From assembly GCA_965240325.2 (NCBI GenBank), contig OZ251247.1, positions 558,001 through 622,000 on the forward strand: DNA of 64,000 bases, read 5' to 3'. The notes beneath the pieces are model-generated. The model was given only the letters and a program-made list of their open reading frames with translations, was not told where the DNA came from and did no database searches. Both the position numbers and the translations under genes were made by a program. This document shows positions 45,138 to 59,837 of this stretch, piece after piece (positions within the stretch are counted from its first letter, which is position 1; each line of letters opens with the position of its first letter). Source of the stretch: Rebecca billardiae RCC1528. Taxonomy: Eukaryota; Protista; Haptophyta.

Positions 45138-46091
45138 TCTCGCCCCGCGTAAGCTTATATATATTATATATATTGCATGACCGGTGTGATTCTGACCGAT
45201 GATGAGCCCTTGCGCGCAGTAGCATAGTTATTGCGCATCCGGTCGGTGGTGGGCAGGTGTCGGGTGCTTGCCTGACGATACATCACACCCGGCTCGCTCT
45301 GCGCGTGGTGAACCACGCTCGCGCACTACTGCGACTGCGAGCACTGTGATACGGAGCGTTGCGCCAGCTAGCTGTAGACAAACGCGATGAGGACAGGAGG
45401 ACGCTAGCTTTCGTCGATCACGAAGCTACGGAGGGCCTCTGGCTCTTAGACGAGAGTCGCCTTCGTCGAATCGGGGCCCTCTCCCGCTGTGCCGCATCGG
45501 CGCACGCTCGGCTGGCTACGTTTGCGCACGCCGTGCAGCTCGCGGTGCGCGCGCGTCGGCTAGCTGGCACACTGCTCCTGACGCACAAGTCGAATGACCG
45601 CAGCTGGGATGCCCTTTCGCGCGGCAAGGACGCGTGCGAGGCCGGTCGCTGCGGCCGAGCGGCGTGACCGTGCCGCCTGCACGCTGGGTGCCCATGGACG
45701 TGGCTTCGCCGCGCGCGCTGAGGCTGGCGAGCGTCGCGACCGAGTTCCACGACGCGTGCGACGCGCCATCTGCCCGCTTCCGTGCCTCCGACGCACGTTT
45801 TATGATGCGGGCAACGGCCATCGCCCGCCCATGCGGCGGCGAAGCCGCCATCCGCCGCGCTTTGCCGTTGGACAGAGCGCAGAACATTTCGTTTTGAAAA
45901 GCGCAGATCTGAAAAGACCGGAAGGCGTTTGTCCAGCTGGCGCAACGACCCTGGCCCCCCATGCGCAGAGCGGTAACGGGGTGTCAGTGTATCGGCCAGT
46001 GTCAAGCCTGCTCAAGGGCGCAGTCCATTCGATGATCTGATAATACGTGCTATATGCGCGCTGCTGCGTGCGCTGATGATGCGGGTGGCGG

Positions 46092-47093
46092 ACCGGTGCG
46101 CGTGGTCGCTGTGGCGGCTGGGAGCGCACACCTGCTCGCGCTGAGCGACGTCGGTGCCGGGTACGGCTGCGGCGACAACGGGTGAACGGCGCCGGCCGGC
46201 TTGGGCTGGGGGACACTATTCGGAGAGGCGGGTAGTGTTCGTGCACGTGCATAAGGCGCTCGCTGGCGAGGCCATTGTCTGCATCGCCGCGGGCGCAGAG
46301 CACAGCGTCACGCTCAGCGCCGCTGGCGCCACGTGCAGCTGGGGCTTGGGCCACTACGGCCAGCTCGGCCACGGCGACACGGAGGACCGGTGGGAGCCGA
46401 CGCGCATCGAGGCGCTGGACGGCGTGCGCGTGGGCGGAGTGGCGACTGGGGATGTGCACACGCTGCTGCTCTCGCTCGATGGGGCTGTCTACTCGTGCGG
46501 CCGGGGCTACTTGGGCGCGCTCGGCCACGGCGACGAGGAGGATCAGCGCACGCCGAGGCGCATCGAGGCGCTTGCGGGCGTGCGCGCCGTGCACGTGAGC
46601 GCGGGCGCTATGCACAGCCTGGTGGTGGACGTGCTTGGCGCAGTGCATGCGTTCGGTTCCGATTATCACGGTGTGATTGGGCACAGAGGCCGCGCCGCAC
46701 GCGCTCTGCCCAAGCGCATCGAGGCGATGGCAAGCGTGCACGTCACGCGCGCCTGTGGCGGCGATCGCAGCAGCGCAGTAGTGGTGGGCGCGGACGGCGG
46801 CGTGCGCACGTTCGGGAGTACAACGGGTACGGGAAGCTGGGCGTTGGGCCAGTCGGGAGGCCTGAGGGCTCGTCCACGCCGTGGACGGTAACGACACTGG
46901 CGCGCAGGCACGTTGTCAGCTGCTCGCTCGGCGGCCTCCACGCGCTGCACGTCACGGCGGACGGTGCAGTGCACGCGTGCGGCAAGCAGTCGGCCGCGCT
47001 CGCGGCTCGGCCTCGGCGTGAGCAGTGAGCGCCGCGGATGGGGTTGAGCGCGTCCACTCGCTCACGCGCATCGAGCAGCTGCCGCCTGTGTGA
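46092..47093 (+). pseudogene. 5'-truncated, multiply frameshifted RCC1-repeat unit 13
   Basis: Homology starts at VRVVAVAAG with no F-box. Frameshifts near 46185, 46830 and 47000-47025. Confidence 0.85.
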
Positions 47094-47585
47094 CGCGCGG
47101 GGCCCAGGATGCCGGCTGGGAGTGCGGTCTGGAAATGTTGGGAACGAGGAAGGAAGCGCAGGCTGGCAGCAGCCGTGCTCACGCGCTCGCACGACCGCGC
47201 CAACATGCATTTGCCCGCCCCGCCCATCGCCCCATCCTGTGCGTGGCAGTTCACAGTTGGCACCAATAAAGGTATAATAAAACTCTGCCCTGGCGGGCGG
47301 GGGGTTCGGCGGGCCGTGCCAGTGCTGTCGCAATATTTCCTCTGCGGCGGGTTCGCGTCTGCTTTCATCCACATTCGTGGGTGACGGACAGCCCGAGGGC
47401 GAGGACCAGTGACACCTGAAGGCTGAAGTTCTCCCACGTGACCGTGTAACACGTCTGTACTCTGTGCCGCATCACTCCATCAGCGAGGCCCACAACCACG
47501 AGGGAATGCAGCACGCGGGGCAGGGAGGGTAGCCCGTTGCTCCGCGCGAGCGCTGGTACGCGCTGTATGTGCCAATATACGGCCC

Positions 47586-49657
<2,072 letters not shown>

Positions 49658-49992
49658 TACGGCCCGCCATAATAGTTTGAACTACTGATGGTTTGAAGTT
49701 GGATCGGGCGTCCATAATCCGGATTCAAACTGGTCCATTAGTAGTGGTGAAAAGCGCCTTTTCACCTTGCTCTTGCGCCAGTTCAGGGTCTTGTCAGTCG
49801 ATAATGAGTATCCGACTATTTGGGCGGAATTACCGCCGCACCAGAGCCCAGTTAAAAACGGTCCGCGGCTTCTATCCTCCGGCTCTGAAGTCGAGATTTC
49901 GAGCAAGATATCGATTTCGCGCGCGCGCGTTCATGACGCGATTGCGACGATAGCTCGCAGGCCGCCGCTCAGACCCTCTTCCGTCGCACGCC

Positions 49993-51519
49993 ATGGCGCC
50001 GTCCGTCCTGTCCTCCCTCGTCGCACGCGCGAAGTCGAGCGAGACGGACCATCGGACGCGCAGTCCGTCGCTCAAGACGGCTGCCCTTGCGCTCGAGGCC
50101 GCCGTGCGGCTGTCCAAGGGCGCCGAGTCGGTCGCGCCCTTCTCGACGTGGGTAGCGCCGGCCGCGCTCAGGTTCCACGACGCGGTGCCGCGCGCGTTCA
50201 TCGTCGATCGCGCCGGCTACGCCGCCGCGGCGGCCATCCCGCAGCTCTCCAGATTCGGCCACCTCGGCGGCACGATGCCCGCCGCCGCCAAGCTCGCGGC
50301 GCGCTACCCGCCGACAGCCTTTGCCGACGCGCTGCTACGCGGCGCGTCGCAGGTGGTCTTCGCATCGAACCCGCTGTCGGGCGCGCTCATCCTGCTGGGC
50401 ATCGGCCTCGCGGACCCTCGCGCCTGCGCGCACGGCGCGCTCGCCCTCTTCGCCGCCACCGCCGCCGCGGCCGCGCTCGAGATCGACGCGCACCAGATCC
50501 AGGCCGGACTTTTCGGGTACAACGGACTTTTGGTCGGGCTGGCGCTGGCGGCCTTCTTGGACGGCGGGGAGGAGGCGGGCGGGTGGGACGGGGCGGTGCT
50601 CGGGCTGTGCGTCGGGCTGGGCGCGCTCTCCTCCCTCCTCCAGCTCGCGCTGGGCAACGCGCTCGTCCCCACCTTCCAATCGCCGCCCTTCACGCTCGCG
50701 TTCAATGTCACCATGCTGATTGCGGTGCTCGCCGCGCCGCAGCTGTCGGCGGTGCGGCGCGCGCCGTTCCTCACGCCGGCGTTTGCGAGCGAGGTCGCCG
50801 ACGCCGTACCCGCCGCGCCGCCGCGCTTCGAGGGCGCCGAGGGCCTCGCCGCCCTCGGCCGGGCCCTGCGCGCCGCGCTCGTCTCCCTTGGCCAGGTGTT
50901 TGTCGTCCAGTCGGAGACGGCGGGCGCGCTCGTGCTCGGCGCGGTGGCGCTCTCGTCGCGCATCGCGGCGTGCGCGGCGTACGGCGGCGCGCTGTGGGGC
51001 GTGACGCTCGCGAGCGTGCTCGGCGCGCCCGCGGGGCAGGTCGGCGCGGGCCTGTGGGGTTACAACGCCTGCCTCGGCGCCCTCGCCGTCGTCACGTTCG
51101 AGTACCCTACCGCGGGCGCATGCAGTTTCGGCGCGTGCGCGTACGCTTCGCTCTGCGTGCTGCTGGACGCGGCGCTGCGGACGGCGCTCGCGCCGCTCGG
51201 CGCGCCGGTGGGCACGGTGCCGTTCTGCCTGTCCGCGCTCGCGGCGCTGCTCACCCACGGCAAGCTCAACATCCTCTACCCCGTGCCCATCGCCGACGTC
51301 TCGACGGCGGAGGACCACCTGCTCAGCCTGGTGACAGACACGAGCGTGCACGCGGGCGCGAGCGCGCGCAAGGCGGTGGTGCTCAGCCGCGAGGTGTACC
51401 GCGCGCCGTCGGCGGCGGGAGGGCTGCGGCTGCCGACGCGGCGCGCGGCGGCGGCGCGCGACACCGCCGGCGGGGGTGAGCGTCCGACCAAGCCGGTGAC
51501 GGGCGAGCAGGCGGTCTGA
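49993..51519 (+). CDS. Urea transporter (UT/SLC14 family)
   Basis: Two-fold internal repeat: LRGASQVVFASNPLSG…GLFGYNG…PPFTLAFN and SLGQVFV…GLWGYNA…TVPFCL. Many hydrophobic helices. Confidence 0.92.
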   Translation: MAPSVLSSLVARAKSSETDHRTRSPSLKTAALALEAAVRLSKGAESVAPFSTWVAPAALRFHDAVPRAFIVDRAGYAAAAAIPQLSRFGHLGGTMPAAAKLAARYPPTAFADALLRGASQVVFASNPLSGALILLGIGLADPRACAHGALALFAATAAAAALEIDAHQIQAGLFGYNGLLVGLALAAFLDGGEEAGGWDGAVLGLCVGLGALSSLLQLALGNALVPTFQSPPFTLAFNVTMLIAVLAAPQLSAVRRAPFLTPAFASEVADAVPAAPPRFEGAEGLAALGRALRAALVSLGQVFVVQSETAGALVLGAVALSSRIAACAAYGGALWGVTLASVLGAPAGQVGAGLWGYNACLGALAVVTFEYPTAGACSFGACAYASLCVLLDAALRTALAPLGAPVGTVPFCLSALAALLTHGKLNILYPVPIADVSTAEDHLLSLVTDTSVHAGASARKAVVLSREVYRAPSAAGGLRLPTRRAAAARDTAGGGERPTKPVTGEQAV

Positions 51520-51763
51520 CCACGTGCGGCTAGCAGCACTTTCTGTAGTGACCGCCGTAGTACGACTGTACAGTATGTACTGTACCGTACAGTACATGTA
51601 CACGTACAGCCGGTACTCTGTCTGTCTGTGATGCCTGATCCGGTACAGTTGTACTGCAGCAGCGGCAACGGTCATGCGTACTCGGTGATCCGGCCCAGTG
51701 GCGGGCGCCGCCCTGGCGCCCTTTGCGCCAGCCGAGGCTACCGCCGACGGCTACAGAACCGCG

Positions 51764-53251
51764 ATGCCGAGCAGCACGGCGAACGAGGCGACGGCGACGG
51801 TGCGGCTGGCGGACCTACCCGCCGAGGTGATCGAGCGCATCGCCGGGTTGCTGCCCACGCCGCGCGACCTCGCCGCCGCCAACGCCACCTCGCGCCTCTT
51901 CCGCGGCGCGCCCGGCGGCCGCTCGGCAGTCGAGCACGCGCTGCGCGAGCGCGCTCGTGCGCGCGGGCACGATCGCGTGCTGCCCGCCGAGCTGCCCGCG
52001 GGCATGTGCACGTGTGCGGAAGAGCTGTTCGCGTGCGAATGCGTTCTCGCCTGTGCTCGCGTGCATGCGGCCGTCGTCGCTGCCGGCGGTGGCTTCAGCG
52101 CGTTTGTGGACGCGGAGGGCGGGCTGCACACGTGCGGCGAGTACGAGGTGGAGGACGAGGACGGGAACGGCACGGGAGAGTACCTAATGCCTTCTGCGGT
52201 GGGCCATCCCGATGTACCGGCGGTGTCCCGGCCGTCGCGCGTCGCCTCGCTCAGCGCAGTGCGCGTGCGCTCTGTGGCCGCTGGCGGCAGGCACCTGCTC
52301 GCGCTGAGCGATGCCGGCGCCGTGTACGGCTGCGGCGAGAACTTCTCAGGCCAACTCGGGCTGGGTGACGACGACGAGAGGCATGCATTCGTGCATGTGC
52401 AGGCGCTCGTGGGCGAGGCCATCGTCTGCATCGCCGCGGGCGGCGGCCACAGCCTCGCGCTCACCGTCGCTGGGTGCGCGTACAGCTGGGGTGCCAACCC
52501 CTTTGGCCAGCTCGGCCACGGCGACACGGAGGCGCGGTGGGAGCCGACGCGCATCGAGGCGCTGGACGGCGTGCGCGTGGGCACCGTGAGCGCGGGTGTG
52601 TTGCACACGCTGCTGCTTTCGCCTCGTTGGGCGGTGTACTCGTGTGGCCATGGCGAATGCGGCGCGCTCGGCCACGGCGACGAGCAGGATCAGCTCACGC
52701 CGAGGCGCATCGAGGCGCTCGCGGGCGTGCGCACCGTGCACGTGAGCGCGGGCGGTGATCACAGCCTGGTGGTGGACGCGGCGGGCGGGGTGCACTCGTT
52801 CGGGTATGGGCGCTCTGGGCAGCTCGGGCACGGCAATGATATCACCCAGTGGGTGCCCATGCCCATTGCTGCCCTTGCAAGCTTGCGCGCCGTGCGAGCG
52901 TGCGCTGGCTCCTTCAGCAGCGCGGTGCTGGGCGCGGACGGCAGCGTGCACACGTTTGGGAACAACGAGTACGGCCAGCTGGGGTACGAGGGCGGACTAC
53001 ACGCCGCGCCGGGCCGCGTTGCCATCCCCTCCCACCACCCTGCAGCTGAGTGCGCGCTCGCCTGGAACGGCCTCCACGCGCTGTGCGTCACAGCCGATGG
53101 CGCAGCGTACTCGTGTGGCAAGCAGTCGGCTGCGCTCGGCCTCGGCGTGAGCGCTGCGGACGGGGCTGGGCGCCTCCACTCGCTCACGCGCATCGAGCAG
53201 CTGCCACGCGTGCACGCCACGGGCGGCTGCTCGCAGGAGGGCGGAGTGTGA
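51764..53251 (+). CDS. F-box + RCC1-repeat protein, unit 14
   Basis: LADLPAEVIERIAGLL…RDLAAANATSRLF plus RCC1 repeats. Confidence 0.9.
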   Translation: MPSSTANEATATVRLADLPAEVIERIAGLLPTPRDLAAANATSRLFRGAPGGRSAVEHALRERARARGHDRVLPAELPAGMCTCAEELFACECVLACARVHAAVVAAGGGFSAFVDAEGGLHTCGEYEVEDEDGNGTGEYLMPSAVGHPDVPAVSRPSRVASLSAVRVRSVAAGGRHLLALSDAGAVYGCGENFSGQLGLGDDDERHAFVHVQALVGEAIVCIAAGGGHSLALTVAGCAYSWGANPFGQLGHGDTEARWEPTRIEALDGVRVGTVSAGVLHTLLLSPRWAVYSCGHGECGALGHGDEQDQLTPRRIEALAGVRTVHVSAGGDHSLVVDAAGGVHSFGYGRSGQLGHGNDITQWVPMPIAALASLRAVRACAGSFSSAVLGADGSVHTFGNNEYGQLGYEGGLHAAPGRVAIPSHHPAAECALAWNGLHALCVTADGAAYSCGKQSAALGLGVSAADGAGRLHSLTRIEQLPRVHATGGCSQEGGV

Positions 53252-53566
53252 CGACGCCGGCACACCATCTACGGCGCACCTGCTGGCCTGACTGAGGCGT
53301 CAGACGATCGCCGAGCAAACTCGCCAAAGGTCTCGTCGCGGGTTTCCGGTCTGAGTCTCTCTAGACTGGGGCCGCGGTCTCACACTGTTTGAGGCGGACG
53401 ACGGCGGATGCTCACGTCATCAGTATATATATATATATACATACGACGACGACGACGCGTATAGTAGTCCCCGTGATAGTAGCGCCGCCAAGTCGTGATG
53501 ACAGCAGTGTGGCATAACCGCGCGCGGGCACCGCGTGTGGCGCGTGTGTGACCCGAGTCATCAGTC

Positions 53567-54649
53567 TTATTCACTTTCAGCAGCTGGCCGCGCTGCCGCA
53601 GCCGCCATGAGGCGCTTCTTCAGCGCGGCGTCGCGACACTTCTCGAGCGCGTACTTGACGCCCTCTCGCGTCATGCGCGGCGCGCGCCGCTCGAGCAGCG
53701 CCGTCGTCTCCTCCGGCGCCTCGAGCAGGCAGTAGCGCAGCACCCAGCCCGCGCCCGTGTTGGCAAAGCGCTCTCCCCGGCCCGCCACGATCGCGGCCTC
53801 GCAGCTGCGGAGCAGCTCGCGCACGAAGCCCGCGCCAAAGTGCGCGTCCGCGCGCGGGCCCGACGGCGCCCCCGCCTCAGAGCGCGCGCGCTTGCGCGAG
53901 CCCTGCCCCCCGCCATCGCCGCGCGCGCGCGCGGGCAGCGGCGGTTTACCCACTTTACCCATTTTACTCACGAGGTTGACAAACGACACGTGGCCCGCGC
54001 GCCGCGCCCACACCGAGCTCTGGTCGGGCGGGCGGTGCGACCAGCCGAGGACGCGGCGCGCCTGGTCGGGGAAGGCGGCGGCGAACGGCCCGACCACGCG
54101 CACGCACAGCCAGTCGCACGTCGACCAGTCCGCCACGCCGCTCGCCGACTCGTCTTTGAGAAGGTTCTCAACGTCGTCCAGTAGCCGCGCGCGGATGGCG
54201 GCCGCAGCGGGGGCGTCGTCGGCGCTCTGCTCGGCCGCGGGGAGGCGCAGCGTGGGAAGCACGTGCTCGGCGATCACGATCATGCCGCCGAGCTTGTCGT
54301 CGCAGTACTTGCTCCGCAGCAGCGCGAGGCCTGCGTCGTAGCGCGCTCGGAGCGATGGCCGCTGGTCGCGCGCGGCCAACGCGGCAAGGATGGCGGCGCG
54401 CGTGGGCGGGACCTTCACGCCGCGCCAGCGTGTGCCCTTCACGTAGTTCTCGAACCACTCGCGCGTCGCGCGCGTCGCGCACGCCGCGAGGCGGCGTTGG
54501 ACATCCAGCGCCAGCTCCGTGCCCACGCGTGCGGCCGCCATGCTGACAATGCCTCCGGACCCGAAAGTGACAGTCTGCTTGAACGCCGCTGCGCATCGGC
54601 CGAGCGAGCCCGAGCCGGTGCACCCAGCGGTGGTGAGCAGCAGGCGCAT
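53567..54649 (-). CDS. DNA alkylation repair enzyme (AlkD-like HEAT-repeat glycosylase family)
   Basis: Motifs YVK…RGVKVP, DWSTCDWL, VWARR, ERFANTGAGWVLR, REGVKYALEK. Start may be the second ATG (54541). Confidence 0.82.
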   Translation of the reverse strand: MRLLLTTAGCTGSGSLGRCAAAFKQTVTFGSGGIVSMAAARVGTELALDVQRRLAACATRATREWFENYVKGTRWRGVKVPPTRAAILAALAARDQRPSLRARYDAGLALLRSKYCDDKLGGMIVIAEHVLPTLRLPAAEQSADDAPAAAAIRARLLDDVENLLKDESASGVADWSTCDWLCVRVVGPFAAAFPDQARRVLGWSHRPPDQSSVWARRAGHVSFVNLVSKMGKVGKPPLPARARGDGGGQGSRKRARSEAGAPSGPRADAHFGAGFVRELLRSCEAAIVAGRGERFANTGAGWVLRYCLLEAPEETTALLERRAPRMTREGVKYALEKCRDAALKKRLMAAAAARPAAESE

Positions 54650-54738
54650 GGCTGCCGAACGGTTTTAGCAGCCGCCCTTGAACGCACCGCGGCACATCGC
54701 GCACCGCAGCGGCGACGGCCCCGCCACGCGCGGCGCCG

Positions 54739-55374
54739 ATGAGCGGCGAGCCAGCAGAGCCGATGTCGACGCGCCTCGTGCGCCTCTCGGCCGATCTCTC
54801 CGCCGCCGCGCTGCCGCCGCCGGCCCGGCCGTCGGCCGCGGCTGGCAGCAGCGGCGGCGGCGACGACGACGGCCTCGCCGGACTGCGCGCGGTGCTGGGC
54901 ACGCTCAACGCGGCGAGCGTGGCGGCGGGCCCGGCAGGCAAGCCCCCGCACGAGCCCGCGTACCGCGACGCGCTTGGCGCCGCCGGCGCCGCCCGCGCCG
55001 CGCCGCCAGCGCGGCCGCGGTCGGCTGGCGATTCGGCGGAGGAGGCGGAGGCGGAGGCGGCGGCTGTCGAGGCGGAGGCGTCGTCCATGGCGGCTGGGAG
55101 CGAGGACGACGGGCACGGCGGCTCCGGCGACGAGTCCGAGGACGAGTACGACGACGACGACGACGAGAGCGCCGCCATTGTCTCAGCCTGCGCCGACGCC
55201 GCCTCGGCCGCGGCGCCGGCCGCGGCCGCAGCCGTGCCACCGCCCACCTCCGCGCCGCCCGGCGCGCGTGGTCGCGCGTTGGCGAGCGGCGGTGCGGCCT
55301 CGGCGGCTATAGCCGCCGCGCTCCGCTCGCCGCGCTCGCTCTACCGCCCGGATCCGGACGAGGCGGCGGCCGGC

Positions 55375-55413
<39 letters not shown>

Positions 55414-56147
55414 AGCGGCGCGGCGGGCTGCGCGGCGCGGCCTCTGACGCTGCCGGCGGCGGCGACGACGGCGTTGGGCGGCGGTGGCGCGCGCGTGGGC
55501 GTGGCGGGTGTGGCGTGCGCGGGCGTGGGCATGCCGAGCGCGCGCGGCGGCAAGACGATCGCGGTGCGCGCAGCGCCCGCTGCCCATGCCCACGCGCCGC
55601 GCGCGCGGCTGGCCGGCCAGCTCGGCACCGGCGCTCCCAACCCCAACCCTAACCCTGCCCTACACCCCTCCTACCGATATACCCGCAGGTGTGGCCGCAC
55701 GCGCCCCCTGGTGGGCCGCCGCCGCCCGCCACCGGCGCCGCGGCCGCGCGCGAGCAGCTCTCCGCGCTGGGCGAGCCGGACTCCGGACTGTCCGGACTGT
55801 CCGGGTTCTCCGGACTGTCCGGACTGTCCGGACTGTCCGGCGCTGCGGCCGCGGGCAGCAACGGCTGGGCCGGGGTGGACGGCGCGCCCGCCGCCGCCTC
55901 AGCCGCGGCGCGCGGCGGCAGCGGCGGCAGCAGCAGCGGCGGCAGCGCGCGCGCGCCGCCGCGCTGCGCGCGCCAGCCCTCCTCCACCGCCTCCGAGCCC
56001 GGCGCCGGCCGTTACGCCGAAACCGGCCGTTACGCCGAATCTGGCCGTTACGCCGAGGTGGTGTACGACTCGCGCGCCGGCGCGCCCGTGGACCGCGGCG
56101 TGGCGCGCGCGGGCGCGGGGCAACCGCCGCTCCCACCAGCACCGCGC

Positions 56148-56191
<44 letters not shown>

Positions 56192-59100
56192 CACGGGCGG
56201 CGCAGCGCGGCGCGCGGCGAAGCGCGCCCCGGCCACGCCGCCCCCGCCGCCGCTTGGCTTCGAGAGCCGCTTCGAGAGCGGTGCGCGCCGCCGCGCCCCG
56301 CCGTGTGCGCGGACGCGCCCGCGCGCGCACCTCGCCATCCTCGCGCGCGTGGTGAGCTCGGCATTTCTTCTGCGCCGCGATTGGCCGATTCCTCCCGCGC
56401 GCTGCCGCTGGTCTTTTTTTAATATTATATATTATGTTTTTGATGGTGTTTTTGTGCGTTCGCGCCGCTCGCGCGCCGTGCCGCGCGCAGGCAACCTGCG
56501 GCGCGCGGTGCGTACGGGCGCGTGGAGCTACGACCTCTGGCTGCAGCCGGACCTGTGCGACCCGGACTTTGCGCCGCCGGGCGGGCCCGGCCGTGGCGCC
56601 GGCGCCGCGGCCGCGCGCCAGTCGAGCGCCTCCGCCGCGCTCGCCGCCGGCGCGGCGAGCGTCAGCGGCGGCGGCGGCGGTGGCGGCGGCGGCGGCGGTG
56701 CCGGCGGCGGTGCCGGTGGCGCGGGCGGCGGCGCGGACGGCGGCGCCGCGCCGGAGCTCGCGCCGCCGTTCAGCGCGCACGAGGCGCGCGCGCACACGGG
56801 CTGGTTCTACTTCGCCCTCACCAACACCGTCCAAGGTGCGGCCGTTACATATGCCGTTACATATCTCGTGACACGCGCGCGGGCGCCGAGCACACACGGA
56901 GGCATGCAGGGGGGCAGGGGAGGGGGGTAGGGGAGGGCGCACAGCCCGCACGCGTGCTCACCGCCGCCCGCCGCCCCGCCGCCTGTGTGCGTGCGTGTAC
57001 GCTCCGCTCCGGCTGTGTGTGTGTGCACCCCGCGTGCTGTGCTGTGCGCCTGTGCCGCCTGCTGCGCCAAACCCCTAACCCTAACCCTAACCCTATACCC
57101 CTAACCCTAACAGGCGGTGTGTACGAGCTGACCATCCGGAATCCGGCCGGGCCTCGGAACGAGCGGCCCTCGCTGTGGCGCGAGGGGCTGCGCCCCGCGC
57201 TGCTCTCCGTGCGCGAGTGCCACGCGCGCGCGCAGGCCGCGGCAGACGCAGACGCGGGCGCGGCGGGCGGCGGCGCGGCGGGCGCGGGCGGCGGGCCGGG
57301 CGGCGCCGGCGGCGCGGCGCCGGCCGAGGCGGCGGCGGCTGGCGGCGACGGCGGGGCGGCCGGGGGCGCGGCGGCGCTCGAGGGCGGCGGCTGGTCGCGC
57401 TCGGCCGAGGTCGCGTGGTTCGGCCCGCCGGGCGGCGCCGACGCCTCAGCCGGCGGCGGCGGCGGCGGCACAGCGGCGGAGGGCGGCGGCGGTGCGGACG
57501 GCGGCGGCGCGCGCACGGCCGCAGCCGGCGGCGCGGACGGCGCCGCCGCCGCCGCCGACAGGGGCGCGGGATCGGGCGGCGGCGGGTGCGTGCTGCGCTT
57601 CCGCGTGCGCAGCGCGCACGACGACGACACGCTTTACGTCGCGCTCGGCCCGCCGTACACGCTCAGGTGCGCCGGCGGCGGCGGCGGCGCACGCGGCCGC
57701 GCGGCCGCGCGCGCGCGCATGCCGCGCGCGCGCCGCGCCGCGCCGCCGCGCGCGTCGCGCCCCCGTCCGAACCCTAACCCTAACCCTAACCCTAACCCTC
57801 TGCGTGCCGCCGCCGCCCGCCCGTCCGCCCCGGCGCAGCGCGCTCCACCGCTACCTCGCCGCCCTGGAGGCGGACCCCGCGCGCTCGGCGCACCTGCGGG
57901 TGGCGAGCCTGGGCGTAACGGTTTCCGGTAACGGCTGCCCGGTTGTAACGGTCTCGCAGCGCGCGGAGGACCCGGCGGCGCTGCGGCGGCGGAGGGGCGT
58001 GGTCATCTGCGCGCGCGTGCACCCGGGCGAGGTCCACGCCAGCTGGGTCATGCACGGGTGCGCGCGCGCGCCAGGCGCCGCCCGCGGCGCGCTGAATCCC
58101 GGATGAATCATAACGCGCGCATGCGCGCGCGCGCGCCCGGCGACGACGGCTCCCCGGCCGGAGGAAGCCCCCCCCGCGCGCGCGCTCGTGCTCACGCGGC
58201 GAGCCTCCCGCCCCGCCCGCCCGCGCGCGCGCAGCGTGCTCGAGTTCCTCACGGGCGCCTCCGCGCTCGCGGCGGCGCTGCGCCGCCGCTTCGTCTTCAA
58301 GCTGATCCCCATGCTGAATCCGGATGGCGTCGTGGCCGGGAACCACCGGACTTCGCTCGCCGGCGTCGACCTCAACCGCAAATGGCTGCGCCCGTCCGCG
58401 CGGCGGCACCCGACGGTGCACGCCGCGCGCGCGTGCGTCGAGCGGCTGCAGGCGGCGCACGGCGTCGCGCTCTTCCTCGACCTGCACGCCCACTCGCGCA
58501 AGTGGGGCGCGTTCACGTACGGCTGCCCGCCGCTCGGCGCGTGCGCGGCCGCGGCGGGCTCGGCGGCGCCGCCGCCGCCGTGGGCCGCCGCCGCCGCCGC
58601 CGAGCCGCCGCCCGCCGCGGCGGGCGTCGCGCCGGGCGCGCCGAGCATGGAGCAGCGCGTGTTCCCGTACCTCCTCTCCCTCCTCAACCCCGCGCTCGCG
58701 CACGGCGCGTGCCACTGGGACCTCCCGCCCAGCAAGCGGCCGACGGCGCGCGCGGTGTGCGGCGCCGTGCTGGGCGTGCCGCATGCACTTACGGTCGAGA
58801 TTTCGGTGTGCGGCGCGGAGGCGCGCGCGCCCGGCGGCGGCGAGGAGGAGGGGGCGGCGGGGGGCGGCTGGGGCGGGGACGGGGCGCTGCTGCCGCCCGC
58901 CGGCGCCCACGCCGCAGGCAGCAGCAGCAGCGGCGGCGGCAGTCCCGGCAGCCGAGACCGCGGCCGTTACGCCCGCCGTTACGCGCGCCGTTACGCCTTC
59001 CAACCGTCGCACTGCGCGCAGCTCGGCGCGGACCTGTGCCGGGCGCTGGGCGTGCTCGCGGGCGTGGCGCGCCCGCCGCGCGCGCTCGCGCCGCACCTGC

Positions 59101-59576
59101 GGCCGCCCGCCGCGCCCGGACAGTCCGGAAGTGGCGACGAGTCCGGGAGCGGCGATGAATCCGGAAGTGGCGACGAGTCCGGGAGCGGCGACGAGTCCGG
59201 GTGGCCGTCGGGCACGGCGGCGGCCGCCGCCGTCGCGCGCACCCGCGCCGATGCCGACGCCGCCGCCGACGCCGCCGCCGCCGAGCCGGACCCCTCGCCC
59301 GGACAGCAATGGCTGCCGCGCGCGCCGCTGCCGCCAACGCGCGCGGCGCGCGCGGCGCTGCGCGCGCTCGCGGACGCGGACGCGGCGGCCGCGGCCGCGG
59401 CGGCCGCGGATGCGGCGGCAGAGGGCGGCGGCGGGCTGCGGGCTGCGAGCGCGGAGGGCGGGGCCGGAGCGGGGGGCGCCGCGCTGCCGCCGCGCGCGCC
59501 TGCCGCGGCCGGCGGCAAGGCGCGCGCCGCCGCCGCGCGCGCCGCCGCGCCGCCGCCGCGGGGCGGCGGCGCCACT

Positions 59577-59620
<44 letters not shown>

Positions 59621-59787
59621 TGACGATTCGGCGGGCGAGTCGACGGCGTCGTCGTCGGAAGGCGAGGAGGAGGCGGACGACGTCGACAGCGGCACCGCCG
59701 ACGGCTGGCGCGCGCCGCCGCCGCCGCAGCAGCCGCCTGCGGCGCAGCGGCGCGCCGCCGCGGGCGCGGGCGATGGCGGCGCGGCGC

Positions 59788-59837
<50 letters not shown>

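Noticed and set aside
45138-46090. Possible gene or element between unit 12 and pseudogene 13 (also 22000-23100 and 63260-64000)
   Set aside because: No recognisable domain, terminal repeat or consistent coding signal could be supported by eye.
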